A DNA stretch of 64,000 nucleotides from Sarea resinae (Eukaryota): contig JAPEUD010000033.1 in the NCBI GenBank assembly GCA_026026165.1, forward strand, positions 124,001 to 188,000. The letters run 5' to 3'. The translations under genes and the position numbers were made by a program. Shown here in pieces: positions 62,766 to 64,000 of the stretch. Within the stretch, counting starts at the first letter, position 1, and each line of letters begins with the position of its first letter. The notes beneath the pieces are model-generated. The model was given only the letters and a program-made list of their open reading frames with translations, ran no database searches and had not been told where the DNA came from.

Positions 62766-64000
62766 TCAGCATCCACAGGCCTCGTAATCAAAGACCGGAA
62801 CCACGTCCTCCCACGCGCCCGAAACAGCACCACTTTTCTCTCCGCTCTTCTCCCCTCTATCCCTTTCCCTTTCCCTCTTGTCCCTTCCCGAACCCGGCGT
62901 CGCGGCTGCCGCCGCCGCCTTCTCTCTGACATCCCAATACCCGCCTCCCTCGCGCAACTGCCACACCTCCTCGCCGCCACCACCAGCACCACCGACCTCC
63001 TTCCGGACGAACCAGCGAGGCGACCACGTCTCGCCACTGTCCTCCATCTGGCGCCGCCGCACCCTCTGCGCCTCCTCGAGCCGATGTTTCAGCTCCTCGG
63101 CCCGGTCGAGATGGCCCTGCTCGGCGGCGCGCTGATCCGGCCGCAGCCGCGAGTCCGAGGGGGGCAGCACGCCGCGCTCCAAGGGCGTGATCTCGTTCAG
63201 CGTCGCCGTGAAAGCCGTGAACCCGTAGCGGGCGGGCGCGTTCTCGACGAGGGGGCCCGTCTCCCAGAGGCGCGGGCCCGTCTCGGCGCCGCTACCGTGC
63301 GTCGTCAGCGCGAGATGCGAGGTCCATTTGCCCGCGAGGCCGAGCGGGTATTCGGCGCCGTCGGGCGCGTAGGCCGCGACGACGACGTCCTCGGACCGGC
63401 CCGAGAACATGCCGGCGGCCTTGAAGGTCGCGATGGCTTTCTCGCCCGTCGTCTCGTTGACGACCGTCATGCTGCCGACGGGCTCGATGTATTTCTCGCC
63501 CGCCAGGATGTTGCGCAGGAAGCTGGTCGCCCCGTTCCACGAGTAATGGTCGCCCGACCCGTGTAGGGCGACCCGCGCCCGGCCCTCGGTGATGAGCTCG
63601 ACCGACTTGCCCCAGAACTTCTGCGTCGGCGTCGGCGACTGCAGCATGCTCCAGTCCTTGGACTCGGCCGCGCACGCGAGGATCACGGGCCGATGGCACA
63701 CCTTTTCCGCCACGAATCGAAAGCCGCGGTCTTCGCGGACCAGCTCGTACGTCTCGCCGAGCATGGGATTGAAGGGTTTGCGGATGGCGCGGTCTTTGAC
63801 GCGCGCGACCGAGTAGTACGAGATGGCAAAGGCGGCGATGTGGAGGAGGCGAAGGCCGTCTTTGGGCGAGGCGGCGACGGCGGCGTCGAGGACGGATGTG
63901 TATTCCATGTGCTCAGCTGCACGTTGGAGCAGGGACAGAGGCTCGTTCGAGGATACCGGCATGGCCAGCGTCGAGAGGTCTTTGCCGACGTTTTTGCGGA
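62766..64000 (-). CDS. OSH3: Oxysterol-binding protein (ORD domain), Osh3-like; 3' part, gene begins beyond window end
   Basis: RKNVGKDLSTLAMPVSSNEPLSLLQR..RKPFNPMLGETYELVR..AEKVCHRP..QKFWGKS..LPPSDSRLRPDQR. Confidence 0.85.
   Translation of the reverse strand, partial: RKNVGKDLSTLAMPVSSNEPLSLLQRAAEHMEYTSVLDAAVAASPKDGLRLLHIAAFAISYYSVARVKDRAIRKPFNPMLGETYELVREDRGFRFVAEKVCHRPVILACAAESKDWSMLQSPTPTQKFWGKSVELITEGRARVALHGSGDHYSWNGATSFLRNILAGEKYIEPVGSMTVVNETTGEKAIATFKAAGMFSGRSEDVVVAAYAPDGAEYPLGLAGKWTSHLALTTHGSGAETGPRLWETGPLVENAPARYGFTAFTATLNEITPLERGVLPPSDSRLRPDQRAAEQGHLDRAEELKHRLEEAQRVRRRQMEDSGETWSPRWFVRKEVGGAGGGGEEVWQLREGGGYWDVREKAAAAAATPGSGRDKRERERDRGEKSGEKSGAVSGAWEDVVPVFDYEACGC

Overview
Eukaryotic, intron-containing DNA from a filamentous ascomycete (Pezizomycotina-type gene models, ~50-nt GT-AG introns with CTRAC/CTAAC branch points). 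Two gene-dense, GC-rich arms carry conserved genes. The left arm has RTF1, COQ7, a MOT1-family molybdate transporter, a MOV10/SDE3-like RNA helicase, an ORP1-like protein, MRPL22, PRP24, a U1 snRNA, a PDR-type ABC transporter and a PhyH dioxygenase. The right arm has UTP15, a DUF3253 gene, INN1/Fic1, SPT6, a STE7-type MAPKK and an OSH3-like gene. Between them lies a ~14.5 kb block (about 31.0-45.4 kb) that is AT-richer, shows RIP-like damage and contains no recognisable intact host gene. It does not read as one decayed transposon. It is a mosaic of short (0.2-0.9 kb) fragments: Ty3/gypsy gag, RNaseH and integrase pieces in non-canonical order, an LTR end, a SNF2 helicase piece, C2H2 and Cys6 zinc-finger pieces, and a putative caspase-fold protein. 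Nearly all decodable fragments lie on the minus strand. This block is the most notable feature: a candidate centromere and/or a strand-biased TE-fragment cluster. Three long convergent intergenic regions are patchworks of microsatellites. All family calls come from motif recognition by eye, not from database searches.
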